A stretch of 64,000 nt of DNA from a virus. Lineage: Duplodnaviria > Caudoviricetes. A program made the position numbers and the translations under genes. The notes beneath the pieces are model-generated. The model did no database searches, had not been told where the DNA came from, and was given only the letters and a program-made list of their open reading frames with translations. The stretch lies in IMG/VR virus record IMGVR_UViG_3300001528_000208, positions 1-64,000 of that record; one strand, written 5' to 3'. Positions 30,201-40,786 of the stretch are shown here, one piece after another; within the stretch, counting starts at the first letter, position 1, and the number at the start of each line of letters is the position of its first letter.

Positions 30201-33200
30201 AAAAGGACAGGAAAGAGTTAATAAGATTATCGGTGGTATTCTTAATTATCAAGCCGGGAAATATAATCTTGATATGTATTTCGAAGAAGATAAAATTTAC
30301 GTGGAATGGGATGGCGGAGGTCACTGGTGGTCTGTTTGGCACAAAGAAATGACAATGGAAGAATTTAATTATAGACAAGAAAGACGCAGAACCATTTTGC
30401 TTAACGCAGGAATGAAAGAAATAAGATTTATTTCACGAAAAAACAGAATTCCCAAGGATGACGTTCTTTTAGAAATGAAAGATTATGGATTCCACATTAT
30501 TAAAGATATGGGGTTTGACCAAGTAATATTTGATATAGACGAGTCTGTTGTCAAGTACGGGCTTGTTATTGAAGATTTTAAGTATTTTTAATCATTTGTA
30601 ACGACTAAGTTGTATACTGGTGACAGTATGCACACGGTAGGTGTCCCGAATGGGATGAAGGTATAGTCTGAACTCGTGCGTATAACAAAATGAAGGCACG
30701 GACATAAGAAGAAATTCTTATGCGCCAAACGAAAGTTTGGTCGTAACATATTTAACAAGGCAGAGAGAAAATTTTCTGGCGCTTATGCAGTCGTATGATA
30801 AAGCGCTAAAGCTTGAAGAATCCGCCCTTAACAGTAACGGCAAAGCTATGCAAAAGTACCAAATCTATCAAGATAGCATTGCCGCCAAACAAGAACGCAT
30901 CACCGCGCTATTCCAGACGTTTGTGCAAAACATGGACTTGGAATACATTATTGGCAAGCTTCTTGACCTTGGCGAAGCACTTATGAAAGTGTTTAGCAAC
31001 GATTTGGCTGTTGGAATCGGTAAGGCTACCGCCGCCATAATCATCTTCGCAAAAGCGGTTAAATCCGTTTTGCACCTTATGGAAGTCGCCACATCTGCTG
31101 GTGGCGTAGCAGGCGTAAAAGACATTTTTGCTCTGTTTGGTCTTTCTGGTCTTAATACTGTCGTTCCCCTTATTGTTGCTGCTGTAGCGGCTATCGCTGC
31201 ACTTGTATATATTATTGACAAGTTGCACCATTCCGCCGCTGAACTTACGCAGGAACTTCAGGGGCTTGACAATCAGCTTTCTGAATCGCAGAGTCAAATT
31301 GACGAATACAAAAGCAAAATCGAAGACAATAACAATAGTATTCAAGACCTGCAAAAGTTAATTGACCAAGGCGTTGGCGGTCTTGTTGAACAAGATGAAA
31401 TTGACGGGCTAAAAGAAGAAAACAAGGAACTTGAACGTCAAATTCTTCTTGAACAAAAGCGTCTTGACCTTATTAAAGAACAACGCAAGCAAACGGCAGA
31501 AGAACTGTATGGTAAAAAGTTTGCCGTCGGACAGTATCGTATTGGACGCAGTAGTCGTAGCAGCCGCGCCGAACGCACTGTTGTCGAAGGCACGTCTATT
31601 AGCGTGTCGGCAAAAGACGTCATTCCTGCGTATCAAAAGCAGATTGACAATCTTACCAAAGAATACGAAAAGGCTGCTGACGATGGTAATAATAAACTTG
31701 CCAGCACAATTAAAACTAAAATCAATGAACTTGAAGATGAGCTAACGAACACCGTTATTCCGCAACTTGAACTTCTGCGTGAATATTATCCAGAAGTTGC
31801 AAAAGTTCTTGACGCTTACTACAATTCGCTTATGTCGTTTGGAGAAAAGTTCGACGAACTTACCGGAGATTCTGATAATGCTGAAGGTATTAAGCAGTTT
31901 ACCAATCTTATATCTAAAAATGCCGAAGCATTCCAAGCATATCTTGATGGTGATGATGAAGCGTTAAATAAATTTGCAGACAATCTTACTGGCAAAGCAA
32001 CACCTGCAATTTTCAAGCTTATTCAAGCGGCGAAGGCGCTTGGTATTCCGCTAACAGAACTAATTCGATATTTGCTTAACGCTGCATCCGCTGGCGAAGA
32101 ATTATCTAAGTCCGTTTCGCTTGAATCGCCTGCGGCACAGATTACCAAATTTAAAGATAAAGTAAAATCTGTCGTAGCAGCAGAAGAAGAACTTGCCGAA
32201 ACAGGATATATTTCTGCTGATGCCGCTGAAGCGCTTGCAGAAGCATACACAGACGACGTTTATGACGCCATGGAATGGACAAGCAAGGGATATAAGGTAA
32301 GCAAAGAAGCGCTTGAAGACCTTATTAAAGCACAGCGTATCGAATATGAACTTGCGCTTAACGATGCGCAAAATGCAGCCAATAAAATTGTAAACGCGAA
32401 TATCGACGAAGCGGATTCGTATAACAAGAAAACACAGGCGATTCTTAATGCCATAAAGGCGAAGAAAGAAGATATCTACACGAGCATATTGGCTGGCGAA
32501 CGCGGCTTCGAAGGTTGGGATCAGCTTGCGCTTCTTCGTATGTTACAAGATATTGAAGATGAAGTTGCGACCCTACAGTCGAATCTTGACAATTTTGATA
32601 AGACTGTTGCTTATCTTCGCAAGACATCCACTTCTAAGAAGTCTAACGCCGAAACCGCCTACGAACGCGAAATCCGCCTGCTTGAACACGAACTGTATCT
32701 TTCTGAACAGTTAGCCGACCTTTATAAAGGCGACAATGACGAAGCGAACTATCGCGCTGAAGTCAACAAGCAGATGGAAATTTACATCAAGCTGATGGAT
32801 GCTGCCCACGCTGAAGCCGAACGACTTCGCAAACTTGGCTACGCCGAAACGTCCGAAGAAATTCAGAACTTGCAGCAGGCGTGGTGGGGCTATTACAACG
32901 CCCGTCGCGACCTTGCGACCGGTCTTGCCGACTGGGAAAAGCAAACGACCGAAGACGCCCTTAACGACGTCAAGGACGCAATCAACGACCTTCTTGATGA
33001 AGCCGAAGACCGTTTGAACGACAAGCTGAAGTCACTTGAAGCCAAAATCGACAAAAATGAAGCCATCAAGAAGCTTCACGAAGTATTCTTCGGAATCCTG
33101 AATGATGTCGCTGATGGTATGCACGAAATCGACAAGGAACTTGAAGCTTCCCTGTCTTCCGCCGACTATCTTGACGAACAGCTTCGACAGGCGATGTTCA

Positions 33201-35143
33201 ACGAAGACGACTACAAGAAGATGTCGTCTGAACTTAACCGCATTGCTGATGAAAGCCGCACGCTGTTCAAGGACTATCTGAATCAGCTTGAAATGCTGAC
33301 GGAAGATGAAGTCTATAAGGCAGATTATATTACCAGCGAATTCGAACGTCAGTACAAGTACAAAGAACTTGAATACGACATCGCGCAGAAAGAACTGGAT
33401 TTGGCGAAGGCGCAGACCAAGCTTCAGAACACGCTGATGAACCGCAACGTCCGTATGTATAAGAACGGACAGTGGATTTGGACTGCGGATTATTCTGCCG
33501 TTCAGGAAGCGAAGAAAGAAGTTCGCGACGCCGAATACGAATATCGCGATGCTGAAATCAAGCTGAAGCAACAGGAAATCCTTGATAAGTATGCCAAGCT
33601 GATTGACGGCCTAAACTTGCAGAAGGATGCTGCGCAGGAAGAATTTGACCGCCTGAAAGACTACTGGGAAAAGGTTCAGAAGCAGTTAACCACCGAAGAA
33701 AGCGCAATGCAGCGTCTTCTAAAGGCGATTAACGGCACCGACATCCCGCAGTTCCGCGAAATTATCAATTCTGTTGGTAAGGGTCTTATCGACCTGATTA
33801 ACGGTCTTGGCACTGGTTCTGTGTATAATCCTGCTGGTGGCGCAGGCGGCTGGTCTTATGGTGCTGGTGGCACTATGGTCAGCGGAAGTGGCTATGTCTC
33901 AGGTTCTTCCGGTGGTAAAAACACCATCGGCGCAATCGGTGGTGGTGGCACTTCTGGCAGCTTAGTTCCCGCCTATTCTGGCGGTCAGCCGCACTACAGT
34001 GGTAGCTATGGTGACGATTATGTTGCGCCGCGCACTGATGGCTGGCAACCCGGCGAAACGCTTCCGGGTACAAGCGGCAATGCGCCTGCTGGTACGGAAT
34101 ACGACAAGTGGGTTCTTGCTAACGGTGAGCCGCCGAATCTTACCTATAAAGACACTGGTGTCTATGCAAAGGGCACTTCTCCGTCTATCAAGGGCGCAGA
34201 CATGAGTCGCGACAGCAAGTGGGCTGGTCAGACTGTTGAAAAGAATGGTTACGTTATCAGCTACGACGAACTTGGCTATGCCCGTAGTGCAATTAACGTT
34301 CGTGCTGGTTCGCGCAACGAAAATCTTGCGAACAAGTATCCGCGCGTTGATGCTGATGGTAACATCATGTATAGCAAGTCCGGTATGTGGTCGTCCAATA
34401 CTGGTCGTGGGTATTACTATTCCACTACTGACACGGCTGACGATACCATCTATTGGGATGAAAGCAATCCCAACTATGTTGGTGGAACGCCCAGCAGCGA
34501 CTCGAATCAGCGCCGTTACCTTGAAAACCTTGTTAAAACTGGTAACTATGGTCAACGCGAATGGGCAAAGGCGGAACTTGCCAAGATGGGCACGTCTTCT
34601 GGCGGAAGTTCGTCTTCCAGTTCTTCTGGCGGTGGTGGCGGTTCGTCTTCCAGCAGCAGTTCTTCGTCCAAGGGAAGTTCTTCCAGTTCGTCTTCCGATA
34701 GCGGGAAGTCCAATCAGCAGCGCTATCTGGAAAGTCTTGTTGAATCTGGCAACTACGGTCAGAAAGAATGGGCGAAAGACCAGCTTAACAAGGGCTTGTA
34801 CGATTCTGGTGGTATTCTGGATGGTGTTGGCGGCATCAAGGCGACTATGAAGGATGAAACCATCTTTGGCCCTGAACTGTCGTCTAAGTTGCTTTCCCCG
34901 CAGAAGTCTAAGGAATTCCTGAATTCTGCGACTGCACTTACCAAGATTCTTGATAATTCGTCTGCGCTTAGTTCGATGCTGAATCGTTTCGCTGGTCTTG
35001 TCAGCGGCAACAATTCTGTTGCGAACGACAGCCATGACGTCTACTTTAACGGCAATCCGCTTGGCGGAATGACGCGTGCCGATTCCGTTGCGCTGACTTC
35101 GATTCTGCGCAGATATATTCCGATTAGTGGAGGTGGAAGATAA
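27240..35143 (+). CDS. tape measure protein; spliced, exons 27240-29279 + 30755-35143, about 2142 aa
   Basis: TP901-type core (EWLRQG, T..SASVIGEAMKSI.SR); exon join gives IAG-TRQRENF; TM segments and long coiled coils. Confidence 0.88.
29400..29428 (+). promoter_or_regulatory. intron-internal sigmaA promoter for the homing endonuclease
   Basis: TTGACA-17-TATAAT with TG, followed by AGGAGG RBS. Confidence 0.85.
29452..30591 (+). CDS. intron-encoded putative homing endonuclease (Zn ribbon, KYGV repeats, Vsr/EDxHD-like nuclease)
   Basis: CDNC...CPNC, repeated EKYG/ERYG/ERFG units, D...YVEWDGGGHW. Confidence 0.78.
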   Translation: MLLTKTAKIRIGGNNKKYYESVGIVGKIGDYVEIPVELLTKGSEYRIDYVCDNCGKTFNISMYDYRQKPRTDGKDYCPNCKIIAIEKTCVEKYGTSCALGNEDIRKKALKTIREKYGVDNVMALNETKEKIKNTNLERYGTENAMQNEDVKSKMQNTYRERYADNNIPHKKRTETIIQKYGVDNIMKVPEFVEIVQRKLNEKSEEEKEAIKQKRKETNIERFGVDCTFRVEGFFEGCHIKYHQRPDCPTSKGQERVNKIIGGILNYQAGKYNLDMYFEEDKIYVEWDGGGHWWSVWHKEMTMEEFNYRQERRRTILLNAGMKEIRFISRKNRIPKDDVLLEMKDYGFHIIKDMGFDQVIFDIDESVVKYGLVIEDFKYF

Positions 35144-37203
35144 TGGGACAGTATCGCCCGTCAGGGCTTATCCCTTCGACGTTGACATCGGACTATACCA
35201 TTGACGCGACTGTTGCCAATGACTTCCGCTGTAGAATCAATGGCACAAGCCCTACAACTAAATATCAGTTAAAAATCATGAAGAATGACGCCGCATCTAC
35301 CGCCGTGTATGATAGCGGCGTCGTTACTTTAGATACGCCGCTTTACCCCGTGAACTATGACGGGACGCAGAACGAATTAGTCGTAAGCGTCCCCGCCAGT
35401 TCCACGATGGAAAACGGCAACGAATACAAGTGGACTATGACTTCGTATTGGTCTGATGAAGATAAATACGAATCGTATGAAAACGTATTTAAGGCGTATG
35501 CCGCAGCGACTATTTCAATCACCAACTTTGTTGATGTTATGACCACCCGTTCGTATACGTTCACCGCGTCTGTCACACAGGCACAGGGTATTGGCGTGGA
35601 ACGTTTTGGCTGGATTATCCGCAACAAAGATACTGGCGAAGAAACCGTAAATACCATTGACGAAAACAACATCTATTCGTCTGATATTCGCGTTTCTTAT
35701 GATGGTTTCCTTAGTGGAACCACAGAAGAAATCAAGGTGAAATGTTGGTTGAACGATGGCACAAGTGTAGAAACGCCATTTAAGGAATTTTCTGTAAGTT
35801 ACCAGTTGGTAACTTTTGAAAATCTTGTTAACACTGAAATTAGAAGCGATTCTGGTGTTGATATAAAGTGGAATAAGCTTAGTTATATTGACGGCGAAGC
35901 AACTGGAACTAACTATGAATATATACAAGACGACCGCGAAGGATATAGCCATAAATATATTCATATTAAACAGGGCGAAACCGTTAAGTTTGATACGGTT
36001 AATACGGCGCAAATGGCGTTCCCGACATCTACTTCGCACGTTGTTGGTTTTTGGGTTGATGGTTCTAATAATAGCATATATAAAGCTACTGGCGTAGATT
36101 CCAATGGTAACCCGTATTATATCGAATTAAAGTCAACCGCATCTGATATTATTCTGAGTGTTAATGGAAGTGAAACTACGCTGTTTTCAAAAACCGTTAT
36201 ACAGAAATGGTTTACTGTTGTAATTGAACCGAAGCGGGTATATGGCATTGAATGGTCTGAAGATGCACCAATTTATCCAAGAAACGACCTTTATCCAAAC
36301 GATAATATGTATCCTCGCTATGTTATTAGCCCATTTGTGAAAACATATTCCAATGTCGATATTGACGATGGTGGAACATGGAGTTCTATTACTACGTCTG
36401 GCGATGTTCTTATGCGATATATTTGGGTTGAAGACCGCGCGATTGCTGATTTGGACATTGAATATCTTAGTAGCATAAACAATCTTCCTATTTGGGATAA
36501 TGAAACTCTTATGCTTGCCGTCTTTAATGAAAATTTCCGCGCTGGTAATATTGAGTCTGATGTACCTGTTACCGGTTGGATTGTTTATAGTATAGAAAGT
36601 GGGTCATCTTTCCTGAAGCCGGTTCTTTCTGTTGGTGCCACTGTCAGCGGTTTCACCGACTATACCGTTAGAAATCAAACCGGAACGATGTACTACGTTT
36701 TTCCAGTGTTCGGCGATAAGATAGGTGCGTCTGCATCTTCTGATATCGTAACACCAAATTGGTGGGATTGGTCGCTTATTGTTTGTGACAAGGTTGACAA
36801 CGATACGTATTATCAAAGCAAAACATATCAGTTTGACCTTGACGTTTCTTCTGGAAGTATGTCCAACAACACGACATTTAATGAACTACAGAATTTTACC
36901 AAGTATGCAAAGGTTCAAAATTCTCCGTCTAACTATTGGTCTGGTACACTTTCCGCGTTTATTGGAAATTGTGGATTGATCTATAAGGATACTGTTGACC
37001 AAATGAATGAACTAAAATCGTTAACGACAGATAATCGTGACAAGTTCTTAAAAGACCGAAAGGGCAATATGTGGAAAGTTCGCCTCAATTCTGCTGTAAG
37101 CGAGAAAATGACCGATGAATACGTTGAACAGGCTGTTGTTGTGACGCTTGGTTGGATGGAAATTGGTGATGCTTCGAATACTGTTATAACAAATAAGATG
37201 TAA
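35143..37203 (+). CDS. tail/baseplate protein (distal-tail-like)
   Basis: Follows TMP; NYWSGTL and FLKDRKG motifs; YP-repeat. Confidence 0.6.
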   Translation: MGQYRPSGLIPSTLTSDYTIDATVANDFRCRINGTSPTTKYQLKIMKNDAASTAVYDSGVVTLDTPLYPVNYDGTQNELVVSVPASSTMENGNEYKWTMTSYWSDEDKYESYENVFKAYAAATISITNFVDVMTTRSYTFTASVTQAQGIGVERFGWIIRNKDTGEETVNTIDENNIYSSDIRVSYDGFLSGTTEEIKVKCWLNDGTSVETPFKEFSVSYQLVTFENLVNTEIRSDSGVDIKWNKLSYIDGEATGTNYEYIQDDREGYSHKYIHIKQGETVKFDTVNTAQMAFPTSTSHVVGFWVDGSNNSIYKATGVDSNGNPYYIELKSTASDIILSVNGSETTLFSKTVIQKWFTVVIEPKRVYGIEWSEDAPIYPRNDLYPNDNMYPRYVISPFVKTYSNVDIDDGGTWSSITTSGDVLMRYIWVEDRAIADLDIEYLSSINNLPIWDNETLMLAVFNENFRAGNIESDVPVTGWIVYSIESGSSFLKPVLSVGATVSGFTDYTVRNQTGTMYYVFPVFGDKIGASASSDIVTPNWWDWSLIVCDKVDNDTYYQSKTYQFDLDVSSGSMSNNTTFNELQNFTKYAKVQNSPSNYWSGTLSAFIGNCGLIYKDTVDQMNELKSLTTDNRDKFLKDRKGNMWKVRLNSAVSEKMTDEYVEQAVVVTLGWMEIGDASNTVITNKM

Positions 37204-37211
37204 GGTGGTGA

Positions 37212-38477
37212 ATGCCATTGGCGTTTCCTGACGATTATAGTGAATATCTTTCTCTGCTTAAGACTAACTGTAGATATGCCATCAAGCTTGAGTGGGTAAA
37301 CAACGATGGCACCGCCTATGCTGAAATCACAAGTTCGTATGTTGATATGTCGGGCACGCTTTCCGTTGGCATGGAAAATGGAACGCGTCGAACTGCCGAT
37401 ATCGAGCTTGACAATACGGATGGACAGTTCTCTGTTGACGTATATGGCATGTGGTATGGCAAAATGGTAAAGTTGTGGATGGGCGTATATCTGTCTGATG
37501 GTGAACCGTACTACTTCCCGCAGGGCGTGTTCTACGTCAATTCTGTTGAAGAAACAAATGCGCCAGCACAGCGAATCGTCACGTTGCATCTGATTGATAA
37601 GTGGTGCTTCCTTGACGGCACGATGTGGGGAAATCTTGACGGAATCTATATTGTGCCAGTCGGTTCCAACATCTACGACGCGCTGACAAAGTTGCTGAAG
37701 ACTTCGCGCTTCACTGGCGAAAACGTGGACGATAAGGGCGAACCGCAGACAAACGCCGTCGACCCGATTCAGCCCAACCTTGCGTCTTATTATATCACCA
37801 AGGAATATGAAGAAGCTGGGTCGAAATGGAAAGCAATCAACACACCGTATGAAATTCGTATGGAATACGGCAAGACGTATGCTGACGTGTTACTGGAATT
37901 CGCGACCATGCTTGGTGCATATATCTACTATGATGTTGACGGACGCCTGACGATTGAACCCACGCAGGATGATATTGTTGATAGTTCGAAGCCTATTCTG
38001 TGGACTTTCACGCCGAATGAACAGGAATTTCTATCGGAAGATTCAACGCACGACTTCGGAACATTCTATAACGACATTATCGTAATTGGGTATACCACCA
38101 ATGGCAAGCAGGCGAAGGGGCGTGCGCAAAACACGAATACTGCGTCGCCAACTGCAATTCCGATTGTTGGTATTAAGACGTATCCGCCCTACGAGGATAC
38201 CGCGTACTATACCGACGACCAGTGCAACGAACTTGCGCAATACTACTTGAAGCGCCAGACGATTAAGCAGCGTAGTGTTGTAATCACATCGGCGCCCATG
38301 TTCCATTTGCGTGAAAACCGCTTGATTGAATGTGTGCGTCCGTATACATCTAATAAAGAAGCGTTGCTGATTAGTGGTATAGACCTGCCGATTGGTTCGA
38401 CTGGAACAATGTCAATCACGGCGACTTCTGTAAATGAATTTGATTTTGGAGGTGCGGAATCCAGTGGAGAATCCTAA
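37212..38477 (+). CDS. baseplate hub/tail-associated protein
   Basis: RRTA...L.N, FPQGVF, L.DKW..LDG, YDVDG.L motifs. Confidence 0.65.
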   Translation: MPLAFPDDYSEYLSLLKTNCRYAIKLEWVNNDGTAYAEITSSYVDMSGTLSVGMENGTRRTADIELDNTDGQFSVDVYGMWYGKMVKLWMGVYLSDGEPYYFPQGVFYVNSVEETNAPAQRIVTLHLIDKWCFLDGTMWGNLDGIYIVPVGSNIYDALTKLLKTSRFTGENVDDKGEPQTNAVDPIQPNLASYYITKEYEEAGSKWKAINTPYEIRMEYGKTYADVLLEFATMLGAYIYYDVDGRLTIEPTQDDIVDSSKPILWTFTPNEQEFLSEDSTHDFGTFYNDIIVIGYTTNGKQAKGRAQNTNTASPTAIPIVGIKTYPPYEDTAYYTDDQCNELAQYYLKRQTIKQRSVVITSAPMFHLRENRLIECVRPYTSNKEALLISGIDLPIGSTGTMSITATSVNEFDFGGAESSGES

Positions 38478-38742
38478 TTTGCTAATTGCAGAAATCCAGA
38501 AGATTGTTCGCGCGGAACTGGATTCTGCACTTAAAAACTATTTGCGCGTCATTACTGCGAATGTCGTGTCTGTTAATAACAAGGTGGCGACGGTTCGTAT
38601 GCCATTTGCCGAAGATGCGTCAAGCGATTTTACTGCCTATATTGTCACAGGGCAAACTATTAAGGCTGGCGACGTTGTGAATGTTGCGTACTGGTGCAAC
38701 TTGTCTACGGCTATTGTTTTGTCGAATGTAAGCGAAACGTAA
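38445..38742 (+). CDS. small baseplate/spike-like protein
   Basis: OB-fold-like beta pattern; position. Confidence 0.45.
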
Positions 38743-38765
38743 ATTTTAAGAAGGAGTTTATTTAA

Positions 38766-39782
38766 ATGCCTATCTTTAATCAAGGTACTGGTGGCGGCGG
38801 CGCAAGCCTGTCGCCTATTATTGTTGTTTCTGCGCCGACCGGAAGCACTGTTACCTGCAAGAAGGGTTCTACCGTTCTGACTGCGGAAGAATCTTCTGGT
38901 ACTTGGTCGTTTGCTATTCCGGCATATGGCACGTGGACGGTAACTGGCATAAGTGCTGGAACTACTGTCGAAAAGACGGTTGAAGTGACTGCCATTGAAG
39001 TTTATTTCGTCGCACTTGAATTTATTCCAGCCGTTCTCAATAATGCGACATGGGCGCAGGTTAAGCAGGCGTCCGATTCTGGTGTTGCGTCCAACTATTG
39101 GTCTGTTGGTGATACCAAACAGATTACGATTAACGGCAAAGTGTCCGACGGTCTTACGCTGTCGAACTATTCCACCTATGTATATATTATCGGGTTTGAC
39201 CACAACAGTTCTGTCGAAGGAACCGGCATCGCCTTTGGCGGATTCAAGACTGCTGCGTCTGGTGGAACAGATGTTGCGCTTTGCGACAGCGGATACAACA
39301 CAAATAAAACCAGTGGTCAGTGGTTCAACATGAACAATGACAATAGTACAAGCGGCGGCTGGGCTTCCTGCAATATGCGTAACAATACTTTGCCGCTGGT
39401 CAAGGCTGCGATGCCAAGCGACTTGCAGTCTGTTCTTAAGACGACCACGATTTACACGGATAATATTGGCGGTTCGTCTACCGCCGCAAGCTATGTGACT
39501 GCCACGCAGGATGAATTATACCTTCTTGCCGAATGGGAAATCTTTGGTGCGCGCACATACGCCAACACTGCTGAACAGACGAAACAGCAGCAGTATGCCT
39601 ACTATGTCGCCGGTAATTCGAAGGTTAAATACCACCAAGATGGTGGTATTGCCGCGTATTGGTGGGAGCGTTCCGTGAATGCGACGAACTCCAACGCTTT
39701 CTGCCGTGTGAACTCCAACGGTGCTGCCGGCCGTAACAACGCTAATTTTTCGTATGGGTTGGCCTTGGCTTTCAAAATTTGA
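38766..39782 (+). CDS. DGR target: tail receptor-binding protein with CLec-like (DUF6273-type) domain
   Basis: C-terminal WWERS...FC.V...G...GLALAF encoded by the VR. Confidence 0.88.
   Translation: MPIFNQGTGGGGASLSPIIVVSAPTGSTVTCKKGSTVLTAEESSGTWSFAIPAYGTWTVTGISAGTTVEKTVEVTAIEVYFVALEFIPAVLNNATWAQVKQASDSGVASNYWSVGDTKQITINGKVSDGLTLSNYSTYVYIIGFDHNSSVEGTGIAFGGFKTAASGGTDVALCDSGYNTNKTSGQWFNMNNDNSTSGGWASCNMRNNTLPLVKAAMPSDLQSVLKTTTIYTDNIGGSSTAASYVTATQDELYLLAEWEIFGARTYANTAEQTKQQQYAYYVAGNSKVKYHQDGGIAAYWWERSVNATNSNAFCRVNSNGAAGRNNANFSYGLALAFKI
39649..39768 (+). repeat. DGR variable repeat (VR)
   Basis: 120-bp copy of TR with 14 mismatches, all at TR adenines. Confidence 0.95.
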
Positions 39783-39825
39783 CGAAGTCAAATCACATTT
39801 TTAAACATAGCGCGCGAAAGCGCGC
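39778..39825 (+). promoter_or_regulatory. hairpins downstream of VR (DGR homing/cruciform signal)
   Basis: TTTGAC-GAA-GTCAAA and GCGCGC-GAAA-GCGCGC. Confidence 0.65.
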
Positions 39826-39839
39826 GGAGGAACTATCAT

Positions 39840-40394
39840 ATGTCCGTATTAAAACCTAAAAGAAATGAAAGTACCATAGAATACGTTAAACTTGCTAACG
39901 ACTTGTTTTCGTGGACTGTTAATTTCGCATCAAGATTGTCTGCCAGATATTCTCGCCTTTTGTCAGATCGTACAATTAGTTTGGCGTCCGATGTTTTGGA
40001 GTGTTGTATTAAGGCGCACAATGCATATCCAAGTTGCTATGAATATGCCAAGATGCGCGAATTTTATTTTATAAAAGCGCTTGGTTCGCTGGAAGCTTTG
40101 GATGTTATGTTTGCGCACATCTATGAAATTTTAAGACTTAATCCACAGGGCGCGTTTTCTAAATCTAACGGAAAGTCAATTCCTGAAAATGAAGCCGTCG
40201 AAAAATTAGACAAAATGTGCGTAACAATCGGCGAAATATTCAACAAGGAAAAGGCTGTTCTTTTAAAGATAAAGAAATCTGCGCATGATAAGGTGCGGAC
40301 ATTAGAAAAAGATGAAAAGAAGCATATTGAACTTCCAGAAGAACTTGAAGGACAAATGCGCATATCTGATTTTGAATTTGAATTAAGTATTTAA
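39840..40394 (+). CDS. avd: DGR accessory variability determinant (Avd-like four-helix bundle)
   Basis: MSVLK.KR.ES..EY start, helical, located between VR and TR. Confidence 0.8.
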   Translation: MSVLKPKRNESTIEYVKLANDLFSWTVNFASRLSARYSRLLSDRTISLASDVLECCIKAHNAYPSCYEYAKMREFYFIKALGSLEALDVMFAHIYEILRLNPQGAFSKSNGKSIPENEAVEKLDKMCVTIGEIFNKEKAVLLKIKKSAHDKVRTLEKDEKKHIELPEELEGQMRISDFEFELSI

Positions 40395-40439
40395 GACTTA
40401 CTTGGGTATGTTTCTGTATCTTTGTGCCCGTGGGCGTGT

Positions 40440-40559
40440 TTGCCGCGAATTGGTGGGAGCGTTCCGTGAATGCGACGAACTCCAACAATTTCTGCAATGT
40501 GAACACCAACGGTACTGCCAACAATAACAACGCTAATAATTCGAATGGGTTGGCCTTGG
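40440..40559 (+). repeat. DGR template repeat (TR)
   Basis: Non-coding copy with 15 AAY codons (34 adenines) aligned to VR. Confidence 0.95.
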
Positions 40560-40786
40560 ATTCGATAGTATTGGGTTAATCAAAAACTTCTTGAAAGTTT
40601 TACGACCCTTATTAAAGGAGAAGCATTTCCCGTGAAGGTGTATTCCTTCCAAAACAACCCCGCGATACTGTTGCACGGACGCTTCTTGCATGGTCGAAAG
40701 GCAAATTCGATTTCATGTGTAACAGTTATGCAAGTAATCTATGCGGGATTGGTTATACCAAGTCTTGTACACGGGGTATTTTATTT

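Larger units (their letters stand above)
29280..30754 (+). ncRNA. group I intron in tape measure gene carrying an endonuclease ORF
   Basis: IGS GCCTTGTGCTCG (29287-29298) is complementary to joined exons CGGGT|ACAAGGC; P AAATCGGTGAA, Q AATACCGAG; P7 GACTA/TAGTC; GAAA-capped P9. Confidence 0.88.

Noticed and set aside
40715-40786. RT start at 40715 as in the ORF track
   Set aside because: It lies in the structured spacer; MNSAQRHEFRY at 40787 looks like the usual start for this RT type.
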